Source: a plasmid
Direction: 5' to 3' (one strand)
DNA length: 64,000 nt
NCBI RefSeq assembly: GCF_054482525.1
Contig: NZ_JBTHVG010000004.1
Below are positions 43,610-53,023 of this stretch, piece by piece. Within the stretch, counting starts at the first letter, position 1. Every line of letters starts with the position of its first letter. The notes under the pieces were generated by a model that searched no databases, had not been told where the DNA came from, and saw only the letters and a list, made by a program, of their open reading frames with translations. The translations under genes and the position numbers were made by a program.

Positions 43610-44812
43610 TCAGAAAGTGAACTGAAGTTGTGCCATTGCACCGTAATCGTGGTCAGTTCCTACCAGGCCGGAAACATCGATATGTACGACGTCAAATGGA
43701 GAGATACCAACGCCAGCGGTGAAGGCGCTTCCGGAGTTTGATGCCATGTTCTGACGATAACCGGCACGCAATTGCGCCCATTTCCATGCGTTAAATTCAG
43801 CACCAACACTTGCAAACTGACGTTTGCTGTCAGAAGTGAAGCCACTGGCAGGAGTCAGATCAACGTCAAGAGCAGTGGTAAACAGGTCATTATGCCAGGA
43901 TACACCGGCGGTTGCCTGTGGACGAACTTTGAAGGTTTCTTTAAAGCCATTGACGACTTTAGTATCAATACTGCGTGGAATGATGTTCTGGGCAACAAGA
44001 CCGACAGTCCAGTTGTCATTCAGGTCTGTATAAGCACCAATATCGGCGTTGAATCCGTTTTTCGTGTTGTGGTACTTGTCACCGTCAAAATCGTCTTTGT
44101 CGTAATCACGAACCGTTACGTTGTAGTTAAACAGGTCCACACGCTGATATTTTGGTGTGACGCCAAGAGACCATTTTTGTCCGGCCGTTTCCAGTTCTTT
44201 GGCAAATGAAATTCCGACGTCGGTAATTACAGCTGCACGCCCGAATGCGCGTGAGGTCAGGGCATTCTTATCGACGTCGGTAATTGTTCCATTGGCAACT
44301 TTGTCCAGATAATCCAGGTCTGCATCGTTTACTTTTCCGTTTACGCTGACAGTTCCGTAAGACTTGACCATAAGGGCAAACGGCAGAGTGTCATTTGCCA
44401 TGGCTGCTACAGCTGATACACCTACCTGAGCATCTGCATTGATATTGCGGAATTCCTGCAGACGATGTTTAAGATTTGCCGCTGCCTGTTGTACGCCATG
44501 CTGGTTATCTACAGCACTGTCAAACAAATCCCAGTCATCTTTAACATCATCAGCTTTATTTGATACATCATCAGGATCAGCAACTTGTGCCCCAACAGAC
44601 GGCAGAAGAAGGCTGAAATCATCATTGCTGTTGTGCTTTGTCAGTAAAGCCGGGTTTGCCAGAGGTGCCACACCATAATGGGAAGATGCTACCCCGGTGC
44701 CACCCATTGCATCGTTACGCGCTTCAAAATATGACGTTGCTGCTGCAGCGTTAAAGGAAAATAATACAGCAGATGCAATGATGGTGCGGGTAATATGATT
44801 TTTCTTCATCAT
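43610..44812 (-). CDS. traF: TraF, outer-membrane beta-barrel-like protein
   Basis: 400 aa with a signal peptide and a C-terminal Phe (..AQLQFTF). Alternating beta-strand pattern. Confidence 0.75.
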   Translation of the reverse strand: MMKKNHITRTIIASAVLFSFNAAAATSYFEARNDAMGGTGVASSHYGVAPLANPALLTKHNSNDDFSLLLPSVGAQVADPDDVSNKADDVKDDWDLFDSAVDNQHGVQQAAANLKHRLQEFRNINADAQVGVSAVAAMANDTLPFALMVKSYGTVSVNGKVNDADLDYLDKVANGTITDVDKNALTSRAFGRAAVITDVGISFAKELETAGQKWSLGVTPKYQRVDLFNYNVTVRDYDKDDFDGDKYHNTKNGFNADIGAYTDLNDNWTVGLVAQNIIPRSIDTKVVNGFKETFKVRPQATAGVSWHNDLFTTALDVDLTPASGFTSDSKRQFASVGAEFNAWKWAQLRAGYRQNMASNSGSAFTAGVGISPFDVVHIDVSGLVGTDHDYGAMAQLQFTF

Positions 44813-44897
44813 TTAATTTCCTGTTTATCAGAATTTAGACAAAACAACGCTATGACACGGATGTGCCGTAAATTTTTACTTTGGTACTATCTGGTAT

Positions 44898-45722
44898 TTA
44901 CCAGGGTAATAAAGACGTATTAAATAAGCTAACAGGTAGTATTTGCCCTGTAATAAGGTTTCCGGCAAGGCCAGGTCTCAACGTAACGCGTCGCAAAGAC
45001 ATTGTTGTATTCTGCCTGGTTGTATATTCAGTTAACCATTTTCTTTTTTCATCGTTCAGAAGTGTTGGTGATAATGATAGTGCCGGATATATTACAGAGC
45101 CATTTATTTCTTTTTCCTGTCTCAATATTACCCCGCAATATTCTCTTTTCGTGTTTCCTGCGAAGGGGAAACTATGCCAGAAAATAACTTCAGTGTTGCT
45201 GCTATTATTAATAAGCATTCTGAAATTATCAGCAGTATCTGGCCATTCACCGGACAACGCTATCGGATAGTTTTCATGGCCATTCAGCCAGTCCGGATTG
45301 AGATTAAAACATTCAGCAAGATGTTCGAGAGCGTCAGCTGAAAGATAGTCTGCAAGTCTGGCCGGGTCCTGTATAACCGTGGAGCGGATATTCCATGGCG
45401 ACAGCAATGTTGCCAGTAATGGCGCATTTATATCATGCGACAGCATGATGTATTCAATTCTGCTTATTATGTTTCCTGTGGTGTTATCCGCAGGCATAAA
45501 CATATTATGAAGAGCATCCTCAAGCAGGATTCGGGTTAAATCAGCGGTGGATATGGCTAATTGTTCGCTCATTATCCCCAGAACTTCTCTTACCCCTTGT
45601 GGGTAACGGACCTGCAGAGGTGTCGGGTTTATCTGACGACCGTTGATGAGTTTTTCGCCGATTGCTTTTTTGTCCAGCGAGAGCATCATTCGGGCCGCAA
45701 TACCGGTCGTATTCAGTCTCAT
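44898..45722 (-). CDS. traE: TraE
   Basis: 274 aa ORF between traF and rci, as in R64. Function unknown. Confidence 0.65.
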   Translation of the reverse strand: MRLNTTGIAARMMLSLDKKAIGEKLINGRQINPTPLQVRYPQGVREVLGIMSEQLAISTADLTRILLEDALHNMFMPADNTTGNIISRIEYIMLSHDINAPLLATLLSPWNIRSTVIQDPARLADYLSADALEHLAECFNLNPDWLNGHENYPIALSGEWPDTADNFRMLINNSSNTEVIFWHSFPFAGNTKREYCGVILRQEKEINGSVIYPALSLSPTLLNDEKRKWLTEYTTRQNTTMSLRRVTLRPGLAGNLITGQILPVSLFNTSLLPW

Positions 45723-45872
45723 TGTTCCTCCGACTGAAAAAGTCTTTTCAGCTCATGTGGTTATTGTATCTTCGGTGTTTTTTCTGGTGAAACGAATAAT
45801 TTCGATCATGCAGATCGAATGTGTTTGGCGAGTTGTTGCAACTCGCCTTTCTGTATGTGTTTTGAATGATGT

Positions 45873-47027
45873 TTACAGCGGGGTGCTGCCCGGGTTCAGA
45901 GGGCAAATCATAATGTAGTCAGGGTCGTTAACAGGTAACGCTCCGGGAGATGGGACACGTTCGCCTTTCTGTGCTGCAATGGCCAGTGTACGCAACAAAA
46001 CCTCACTGGCGCGGTGAACTGCTTCCTCTTTCGTTGTGGCAGTGACGTGAAGGTTATCAAAATCACCGATCTCAATACGATGCGCTTTCTGCCCATTTTC
46101 TTCATCGATGGTCGTGATATGGGCAGGATACGGCACAAACCATGCTGCCACTTTTTGTGTCTGCCGCCGGCGGGCATCAAGCTTACTGACCAGTTGCCAT
46201 GCACGAAGATGAGTATACCGTTTCAGCATATTCATGGAACGATGTCCTGATATTGCAGCAATCTCCATTACATTCAGGCTACCCAGTTCGAAGAAGCGGC
46301 TTATTGCTTCATGCCGTAGATCGTGAAAATGCAGGTCCTCGATGCGAAGTCGTTGTGTGGCTATTCTCCAGGCATTTTTAAAGCCGGATGCGGTGTAATC
46401 AAAAACATTGCCGTGGAGATTAACGGGCATCATCTGAAGAAAGTTACGGGCACGTCTGGACAGAGGAACATCCCGTGAGTGACCGTTTTTGGTTTCAGGT
46501 AAATGAGCCACACCGTGGCGCAAATCAATGTGTTCCCAACGTAAGGCCAGTATTTCGCCCTGCCGCATGGCTGTTTCAAGGGCAAGATGGAAAATGACAT
46601 ACAACATCAGATTTTTTTCGCGGAAATAGCGAGAAAGGCGACGTTCTTCTGAAGACGTTAGCCGACGATCTCGTCCGGAGGATACTTTCGGCTTGCGAAC
46701 CAGTTCAACCGGGTTAGTACGACAGGTTCCCCATTCAACACGAGCAATATTGAACAGAGATGACAGAAGGGCGAGTTCAAGACGTACAGTATTACCTGTA
46801 ATGGCTTTACCCGTTCGGGGGTTGATTTCTGCTAAACGAACGTCTCTGTATGTAGCAATATCAACGGTTGTTATTTCGTCCATATTCCGAAGGGCAATGG
46901 GATATCGCTTGATAACATTGCTCCGGTAAAACTCCTGTTGATGCCCTTTCTTGTGAACAGAAACTGTTTTCAGGTACTTATCCAGTGCGCGTGACAGGGA
47001 CATTTTACGGATGCGTGGAGACGGCAT
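45873..47027 (-). CDS. rci: Rci, shufflon-specific tyrosine recombinase
   Basis: The Met at 47027 gives 384 aa. It has tyrosine-recombinase motifs ([11 protein letters not shown] and LKRYTHL) and lies adjacent to the sfx repeats. Confidence 0.9.
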   Translation of the reverse strand: MPSPRIRKMSLSRALDKYLKTVSVHKKGHQQEFYRSNVIKRYPIALRNMDEITTVDIATYRDVRLAEINPRTGKAITGNTVRLELALLSSLFNIARVEWGTCRTNPVELVRKPKVSSGRDRRLTSSEERRLSRYFREKNLMLYVIFHLALETAMRQGEILALRWEHIDLRHGVAHLPETKNGHSRDVPLSRRARNFLQMMPVNLHGNVFDYTASGFKNAWRIATQRLRIEDLHFHDLRHEAISRFFELGSLNVMEIAAISGHRSMNMLKRYTHLRAWQLVSKLDARRRQTQKVAAWFVPYPAHITTIDEENGQKAHRIEIGDFDNLHVTATTKEEAVHRASEVLLRTLAIAAQKGERVPSPGALPVNDPDYIMICPLNPGSTPL

Positions 47028-47077
47028 GCTAACCTCAAAAGAGGAAAAAATAATGCCAACAATCATTCTCTGCAAGC

Positions 47078-47096
47078 GTGCCAATCCGGTACCTGG
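47078..47096 (+). repeat. sfx site
   Basis: gtgccaatccggtacctgg. Confidence 0.9.
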
Positions 47097-47378
47097 CGTA
47101 AAAGCAATTCTGGTAGTACGGTGATAACTGGTCGTATAGCAAATGGTCAGCAAATACCGCTGCCAACAGGATTTTCTGCCAGTCAGTGCTCATGGAGTGT
47201 GAGCAATGCAGAAAACCCTCAAGGTTGGAAGCCGAATTACTTTGCTGGATCAGTTGCAACTTATGATGCAAATCGAATTGTTAAATGTGGTTTTTATGAT
47301 GAATACAATTTCCATAAAGGGACATTTAGAGCTGATTTAACCGGAAAATGTAGTTATGTCGTCGCGTGTCAGAACTGA
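47097..47378 (+). other. Silent pilV C-terminal cassette
   Basis: In frame with sfx 47078 (..[25 protein letters not shown]...ACQN*). Confidence 0.75.
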
Positions 47379-47406
47379 GATTAAATTGCTGGCGCTGCTG
47401 GCCTAC

Positions 47407-47425
47407 GTGCCAATCCGGTACCTGG
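47407..47425 (+). repeat. sfx site
   Basis: gtgccaatccggtacctgg. Confidence 0.9.
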
Positions 47426-47671
47426 AGAAAGGTAGGATCTGGTGAGCTTCAAATTGCTACAGCACAGGCGACAGGTTGGCGCTTTCCTGGAGCAACAGCT
47501 ACCTGTCCAACTGGAAAACGTGTTACAGGTGGCGGCGGAATATGCACCTCACGAACTGGTTACATATGGCTTACCAGGTCATTCCCATCAGCCAATAACT
47601 CATGGTCGGCTGCGTGCGATACAACCGAAGATCAGAATGGTTCAATAACTGTATATGCCATTTGCCAATAA
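47426..47671 (+). other. Silent pilV C-terminal cassette
   Basis: In frame with sfx 47407 (..[20 protein letters not shown]...YAICQ*). Confidence 0.75.
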
Positions 47672-47672
47672 G

Positions 47673-47912
47673 CTATTTCAAGCAAGTAATCTTCATAAAG
47701 TAGGACGAATACTGTGTGTAGTTTTTGGCTTGCCAAGTCATCTCGCCGTTAGAGTCAGGCATGTCAATAGGAACGACTTCTGTTTCTGCCATTTCACGCC
47801 CGTCAATACGATAGGTGTTAATACACAGTTTAAACCTCCCTAAGACCTGTGTGTTTTTGGGATATAACGTAAATGTTTTTATATTCGTCCATATCGACGC
47901 TGATGATGATTT
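47673..47912 (-). other. Silent pilV C-terminal cassette (not in the ORF track as such)
   Basis: My translation of the minus strand from sfx 47913-47931 gives [20 protein letters not shown]...MKITCLK*. It is convergent with the previous cassette. Confidence 0.65.
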
Positions 47913-47931
47913 CCAGGTACCGGATTGGCAC
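47913..47931 (-). repeat. sfx site
   Basis: ccaggtaccggattggcac (reverse complement of the consensus). Confidence 0.9.
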
Positions 47932-47939
47932 TGGCCTAC

Positions 47940-47958
47940 GTGCCAATCCGGTACCTGG
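47940..47958 (+). repeat. sfx site
   Basis: gtgccaatccggtacctgg, 8 bp from the preceding inverted site. Confidence 0.9.
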
Positions 47959-48204
47959 GGCGCTCCTAAAACTCAATTCACAACGCAGACCTACAACATA
48001 GCTAAAAACACTCGTAATTTAAGGCTCGGGGTCCATGCATATTGCTCATGGACTTACCTGAATGGCTCACCCTTTGGTGGTTTTCAACAGGTATATTCCG
48101 ACCAAAACAACGTTTGGTATGTGAGTAATTATGCTTGGGGAAATTATGAGTCTGGTGGGACCATATCAGTCACATGCCTCAATCTTCCTGGTGCTGGAGT
48201 TTAA
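47959..48204 (+). other. Silent pilV C-terminal cassette
   Basis: In frame with sfx 47940 (..[19 protein letters not shown]...LPGAGV*). Confidence 0.75.
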
Positions 48205-48413
48205 TTAAAGGGGCAACAGTAGGCATCGACATGTTCCTCATCAACACCATCACCAATACCGTACATGCGTGTTCCAGTCATAATGTATCCAGTCGGACAT
48301 TGAATCGGCTTGTAATAGATCGAACCACCACTCTTACCGCCGATAAAGTGATTCATTGCTACGGATGATTTGTACCAATTACATGCTGAGTAATTAATTT
48401 TATTACCCCCTGA
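48201..48413 (-). other. Silent pilV C-terminal cassette
   Basis: In frame with sfx 48414 (..CQSGRWSGGNKINYSACNW...YCCPFN*). Confidence 0.75.
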
Positions 48414-48432
48414 CCACCGACCGGATTGGCAC
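48414..48432 (-). repeat. sfx site
   Basis: ccaccgaccggattggcac. Confidence 0.9.
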
Positions 48433-48440
48433 GTAGGCCA

Positions 48441-48459
48441 GTGCCAATCCGGTACGTGG
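48441..48459 (+). repeat. sfx site
   Basis: gtgccaatccggtacgtgg, 8 bp from the preceding inverted site. Confidence 0.9.
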
Positions 48460-48795
48460 AAGACTTCTGGTTCGCTCAATGGTTCTTACACAAACTTAGG
48501 TTCACATAGAGGTTCATTCTCAGGGCGGAATTCAGGGGGCAGTACATTGTTTATTTATGCATCTGGAGGTAATGGAGGATCTGCCGGAGGTGCATGTGCA
48601 AATACATCCCGACTGCAGGGATATGTTGGTGGGACGCTAATTAGCGTGAATGCCAGCAATAACCCTGCATATGGAAAAACAGCCTTTATCAGCTTTGCTG
48701 TACCTGCAGGTACTTCCTATCAGATAACATCCTATCCAACAGAAAATACATCATGTGGTGCCGGGGTATTTTCAGTATTTGGATATCAAACTTAA
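48460..48795 (+). other. Silent pilV C-terminal cassette
   Basis: In frame with sfx 48441 and ends ..SVFGYQT*. Confidence 0.7.
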
Positions 48796-50084
48796 TTGAG
48801 CGTTACACACGACGCAATACAACCTGTCTTATGCTCGTATTTGTACCATTTACGTGAACCTGCTGGGCTCTCAACTACCTGGCAGTAGTGGGCATCCTCT
48901 GCGTTGCCCATTCTGGCAATGGCACAGAAGTCGAATTGCCCCAGATAACCTGTGGTGGAAAGCTGAGTAACTTTGAGTTTTCCACCTATTGTCCTCCACG
49001 TACCGGATTGGCACGAAAGTATTGCCCCTGTATTATCGCGGCCTACAAGGCCGTTAGGCGAACATGATGCGCCAGCAACGGCAGTTCTTTCCAGTTGTAA
49101 GTATTCACCAGTATAAAGGCGACCATCAGCACGAACAGTACCGCCTTTCACCTGACCGCCGGTATAGATGCCCTTGTTGTTTACACTTCGAACCCATGAT
49201 CCGTCGGACATATAAAATCCGCCACCGTGAGTTTCATTGAGCCAGCCTTTGCTGTTACGAGTAATTAACCAACCATTATTACTTCTGATATCACCGCCAG
49301 CGGTGACATTTACGTCAAAGTTTCCGCTATTGCCTTTTACCTGACCGCTGAAAGTGCCATTTACACCATTCACATTGCCGCTGAAATTACCAGTCTGGGC
49401 ATTTACTGCCCCAATGTTATTCAGGTTATTTGATCCCATATCAATGGCCGTGTGCATTTTGTTTAAGTCAGGGCGACCATTGACCTGGAATCTGTAAAGA
49501 CGATCAGTGTCCTCTGCTGCACCACTAAGTTCATCTGTCGATAACAGTACGGCAATATGCCCGTTACCGCTTTTGGCACCATAATTACTTAAAGCTACTG
49601 ACCAGGAACGTAATGCACCTGTGGCTGTTTTGCCGTCCTGGATATATCCACCAAGACCAGTGGTAATATCCTTAGCCATCTGGATAAGTGCTTTCACTGG
49701 ATAAGGGGTGCCACCACTGGATACAACCATTGCCTGTAGTAATTCCGGGTTTTGGGTGTTTCGAACTACATATGCCTGTAACCGCTGCCCCTCGCTGTTT
49801 GTCTCAGTAAAGCCGCTGGACAAAAAGCCGGTATTTTTCAGCATGGTTGTCGTGATAACGGCAGGGGTTGTTGTGGTACTACTGGCCTGGAGAGTTGTGT
49901 AGTTTTTCCCTATATAAGAGCGGGCTGCACTGGCCCAGTTGCTGACAAGACGAGCTTCAGCCTGCCAACCTTTGGTTTTTAAATAGTCCTGCCATATGCC
50001 TGCACCCCAGGCAACTATGATCATAACAATCAATAAAGCCGCGCCAATTTCCAGCGATGCCCAGCCTCGGTCATATTTTTTCAT
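48792..50084 (-). CDS. pilV: PilV thin-pilus tip adhesin (prepilin-like), current shufflon configuration
   Basis: [20 protein letters not shown] is a type IV prepilin-like N-terminus. The constant region runs to sfx 48996-49014, followed by the C-terminal cassette ..[12 protein letters not shown]...CVTLN. Confidence 0.9.
   Translation of the reverse strand: MKKYDRGWASLEIGAALLIVMIIVAWGAGIWQDYLKTKGWQAEARLVSNWASAARSYIGKNYTTLQASSTTTTPAVITTTMLKNTGFLSSGFTETNSEGQRLQAYVVRNTQNPELLQAMVVSSGGTPYPVKALIQMAKDITTGLGGYIQDGKTATGALRSWSVALSNYGAKSGNGHIAVLLSTDELSGAAEDTDRLYRFQVNGRPDLNKMHTAIDMGSNNLNNIGAVNAQTGNFSGNVNGVNGTFSGQVKGNSGNFDVNVTAGGDIRSNNGWLITRNSKGWLNETHGGGFYMSDGSWVRSVNNKGIYTGGQVKGGTVRADGRLYTGEYLQLERTAVAGASCSPNGLVGRDNTGAILSCQSGTWRTIGGKLKVTQLSTTGYLGQFDFCAIARMGNAEDAHYCQVVESPAGSRKWYKYEHKTGCIASCVTLN
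48996..49014 (-). repeat. sfx site inside the expressed pilV
   Basis: ccacgtaccggattggcac. It encodes SCQSGTW of the current PilV. Confidence 0.9.
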
Positions 50085-50740
50085 CAGATTACCCATAGTG
50101 GTTGATAAAGATTATCCAGTAGCAAAAGGACATGGCCAAGACACAGCCATGGACCCAGTGGGCCTTCTTTATGTCCTTTTATGCACCATGTTGAATGCCA
50201 TAAGACAAATCCTCCTGCGCCCAGCAACACACTCCATATGGCGTTATATAGCCCTGACCATGCGGTAATACCTGCAATAAGCCACAGGTCTCCTGTGCCA
50301 ATATTAAGACGATGGCGGTTAACCAGTTTATGCAGACAGAATAAGACAATTGCGGCAGAGACAATTTCTGTTGCACGGAGCCACCATATATCAGTTGTGA
50401 TTTGTGATAATATTCCAGCGATTAAAAAACGCCTGGTGAATGTACCCGGTAAGAGGCCTGTTAGTGCATCCGTTACTGCCATTTGCAGCATGAACGAAAG
50501 AATAAGAACAGCATGAATACGGTAGATAAGTGGGGATGACGATAAAATAATTAATGCCACAGCTATACTATATAGCCATATTCCTGACAGAACTGCAGTG
50601 TGTGTCTTATACCAGAGATGTTCTGTATCAGATAAAAAATAACGAACTCTGAATAACAGAGTTCGTCCAATAATGGAAAATATGAACATCAATGGGAGGA
50701 TATAAACAGGGGAGAGACTTATGCCTACGATTGTCTGCAT
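50084..50740 (-). CDS. pilU: PilU prepilin peptidase
   Basis: 218 aa from the Met at 50740. Polytopic membrane protein. Order and length as in R64. Confidence 0.8.
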   Translation of the reverse strand: MQTIVGISLSPVYILPLMFIFSIIGRTLLFRVRYFLSDTEHLWYKTHTAVLSGIWLYSIAVALIILSSSPLIYRIHAVLILSFMLQMAVTDALTGLLPGTFTRRFLIAGILSQITTDIWWLRATEIVSAAIVLFCLHKLVNRHRLNIGTGDLWLIAGITAWSGLYNAIWSVLLGAGGFVLWHSTWCIKGHKEGPLGPWLCLGHVLLLLDNLYQPLWVI

Positions 50741-51285
50741 TGTCTGCCTCCCTGCCCGGGAAGGCATATCCCTTTCATGTCACGATAAATTCTCCATACT
50801 TTATTAGCATATTGCTCTCTTGTTTCATGTCTGTCCTTACGGAATCCGGCATTGTATGACCCAAGGCAATTCCAGCTGACGCCACATATCTGAAAATGTC
50901 TTGCCAGTATCCAGCTTCCTATATGGATATTAAGACATGGTTTGGTAATTAAATCCTCAGACTTTTTGATTACGCCCATCTTTATAAGCTTTGGAATATG
51001 GGTTGAGTTTATTTGCATCAACCCATAATCCGTACTACTGGCTTTGCCTGTTTTTCTGTCCTTATTTATGTTAATTGCGCCCGGCTTCAATGAAGATTCC
51101 CCGGCAGAAATGGCCTTCAACAATAATGGTTCAATTTGATAGCGTGCGCCGGCGGCGGCAAAGCAATTGTCCCACTTGTTAGTCCAGATTTGTTTGGGGG
51201 CGATGTATGAAGCTCGGGCGGGATAAATAAGAGAACAAAGCAGGATTAATGAAATAAGTCTGAGGGGCACTTTACCCCCGGACAT
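50725..51285 (-). CDS. pilT: PilT lytic transglycosylase (SLT domain)
   Basis: 186 aa with a signal peptide and an SLT-like catalytic region (AISAGESSLKPGAININ). Confidence 0.8.
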   Translation of the reverse strand: MSGGKVPLRLISLILLCSLIYPARASYIAPKQIWTNKWDNCFAAAGARYQIEPLLLKAISAGESSLKPGAININKDRKTGKASSTDYGLMQINSTHIPKLIKMGVIKKSEDLITKPCLNIHIGSWILARHFQICGVSWNCLGSYNAGFRKDRHETREQYANKVWRIYRDMKGICLPGQGGRQCRQS

Positions 51286-51294
51286 TAAAACTCC

Positions 51295-51909
51295 TTAGCC
51301 ATTGATGGTGAAGATTAGTTTGTTTGTACCGGTGCTGCCATTATCAGCTGTGCATTGCGCACTGGCTTCTTCAGTAGTGACTTTTCCATCACTGTGAGCC
51401 GTACTGTTCAGGGTAATACCGTTAGTTAAACCAGTACGACTGATTTGTGTGGCAATCTGGATACAGGCATCCTGTGGGACTTTTTCATAGGTGACGGTAA
51501 AACCATTGTTGAAACCTGATGTTGAAGCCGGAGCAACAGTTACGGCACCGCCCCATGAGTTATAGAGCGTTGCTGTACCTGATGATGGAGTACCACGCAC
51601 TGTCATGGTCTTGGGTACGCCACCCATCTGAATGAGAGCACCCGTCATTTTGGCTCCACTGGTAAACGTATATCCATCGCTACCTTTTAGCAGCCCCTGA
51701 GTACTTGTGATGATTGTCTGTATGTTCGAACTTTCATTTGCCACACCGGTTCGTGAACGCAACATATACAATCCACCAAAAACAAGGGCAAGTACGATAA
51801 TTACAACAAGTGCTATTGCACCCTGTTCCATAATACCCCAGCCTTTGTCATGAGACGTTTCTTTCTCATTTTTCTTCAGAACGTTAGCATTAATATTTTG
51901 AATTAACAT
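51295..51909 (-). CDS. pilS: PilS type IVb prepilin (major thin-pilus subunit)
   Basis: 204 aa. A long leader is followed by a G/W..E hydrophobic N-terminus (KGWGIMEQGAIALVVIIVLALVFGG). Confidence 0.85.
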   Translation of the reverse strand: MLIQNINANVLKKNEKETSHDKGWGIMEQGAIALVVIIVLALVFGGLYMLRSRTGVANESSNIQTIITSTQGLLKGSDGYTFTSGAKMTGALIQMGGVPKTMTVRGTPSSGTATLYNSWGGAVTVAPASTSGFNNGFTVTYEKVPQDACIQIATQISRTGLTNGITLNSTAHSDGKVTTEEASAQCTADNGSTGTNKLIFTING

Positions 51910-51925
51910 AAATACCTCGTTTTAT

Positions 51926-53011
51926 TTAAATACTACCCATACTGTTGTCGCCAATAGACTGAATGTCTACAACGGCCATGACCAGTAACAGGAGTGACAT
52001 GACAAGAAATATCAGCATAATTAAACGCACAACAGCTGCTCGTTTTTTTACACGCTCCAGCGTTTGTACAAGCCACCGTTGGCCATAATTGCCGATTAGC
52101 TCCGTTGCACCATCTCCCTGTAATAAAGACAGAAAGTTGGCAGACTCCCTGGAAGGGAAATGATAACCGCACTGTCGTAAAGCCAGCCCAAGGTGATCCC
52201 CCTGGCGGACGCGGTAAATAATGCTGTCAAGGCGTGTACTTAACCATGGTGATGCAAATTCCTGAAGAACGTTCAGTGAGTTGAGCGTTGTCATTTTGGC
52301 TTTCAGAAGTGCAGCCATATTCAGGAGGAATGCTGCCCCCTGTATATCCTTATAAATACTCCATGGCATTATATTGTCAGCCAAAGAGCGGCTTTTCCAG
52401 TTTTTCAGAGACCATGATATTACACCTGTGACCACTGCAAAAAGAACGGCACATATAGCGCCGTAATTATCGACAAACAAAGATAATCCATAGAGAAAAC
52501 CAAGAGCACCACTCCATGAATCAGGGGAGCTTATTTTGCTCAGTACAGGTATTAGCTCTGTATTAAGAACATATAATGTCCCCGTCATCATGATTAACAA
52601 TCCCACCGGGTAAATAGCCATTTGCCATATGGCCTGATGGAGTTGCTTTTTGGCATCTGTAAGCGTGGTGGCAAATTGTAATGCATCCACAATGGAACCA
52701 CTTCTTATTCCGGCACTGATTACTGCAGCCTCTTCCTGGGGAACCCATAAACCAAGAGTATATTCCAGAGAGTTTTCGCCACTGTTTTCACGAAGAGACT
52801 CAATACAGTCTGTGGCCAGTTCAGCAAAGGGGTGCCATTTTCGTCCAAAGTCTGTCCAGGCATCCCGCATCTGTTCCAGTGCGGTCTTTAATGGCTGTTT
52901 ATTTTCCAGCAGAAAACGCAGAGCTTCGTAAAACTGCACCCTGTAGGGGGCGCTGAACGTTTTTCTGACAATGAAACGTCTCAGCCGTTGACTGAAATTC
53001 ATTTCACGCAT
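51926..53011 (-). CDS. pilR: PilR platform protein (GspF/PilC family)
   Basis: 361 aa polytopic protein. Order as in R64. Confidence 0.85.
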   Translation of the reverse strand: MREMNFSQRLRRFIVRKTFSAPYRVQFYEALRFLLENKQPLKTALEQMRDAWTDFGRKWHPFAELATDCIESLRENSGENSLEYTLGLWVPQEEAAVISAGIRSGSIVDALQFATTLTDAKKQLHQAIWQMAIYPVGLLIMMTGTLYVLNTELIPVLSKISSPDSWSGALGFLYGLSLFVDNYGAICAVLFAVVTGVISWSLKNWKSRSLADNIMPWSIYKDIQGAAFLLNMAALLKAKMTTLNSLNVLQEFASPWLSTRLDSIIYRVRQGDHLGLALRQCGYHFPSRESANFLSLLQGDGATELIGNYGQRWLVQTLERVKKRAAVVRLIMLIFLVMSLLLLVMAVVDIQSIGDNSMGSI

Positions 53012-53023
53012 GTTGTTCTCCTG

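Larger units (their letters stand above)
47078..49014. mobile_element. Shufflon (Rci-dependent multiple-inversion region) with 7 sfx sites and 7 alternative pilV 3' ends
   Basis: There are seven 19-bp repeats, GTGCCAATCCGGTNNNTGG. Four are in + orientation (47078, 47407, 47940, 48441) and three in - orientation (47913, 48414, 48996). Each reads ..CQSGTW.. in frame with a downstream cassette. Confidence 0.9.

Noticed and set aside
47655-47843. The + strand 62-aa ORF inside the shufflon.
   Set aside because: The opposite strand is in frame with the sfx site at 47913-47931 and encodes a PilV-type C-terminal cassette. The + ORF is its shadow.
47078-49014. Whether the regularly recurring 19-bp repeats could be a CRISPR array.
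   Set aside because: The repeats occur in both orientations, with 300-540-bp coding spacers, next to the rci recombinase, and they encode CQSGTW in frame. This is a shufflon, not a CRISPR array. No CRISPR array or cas genes occur anywhere in the window.
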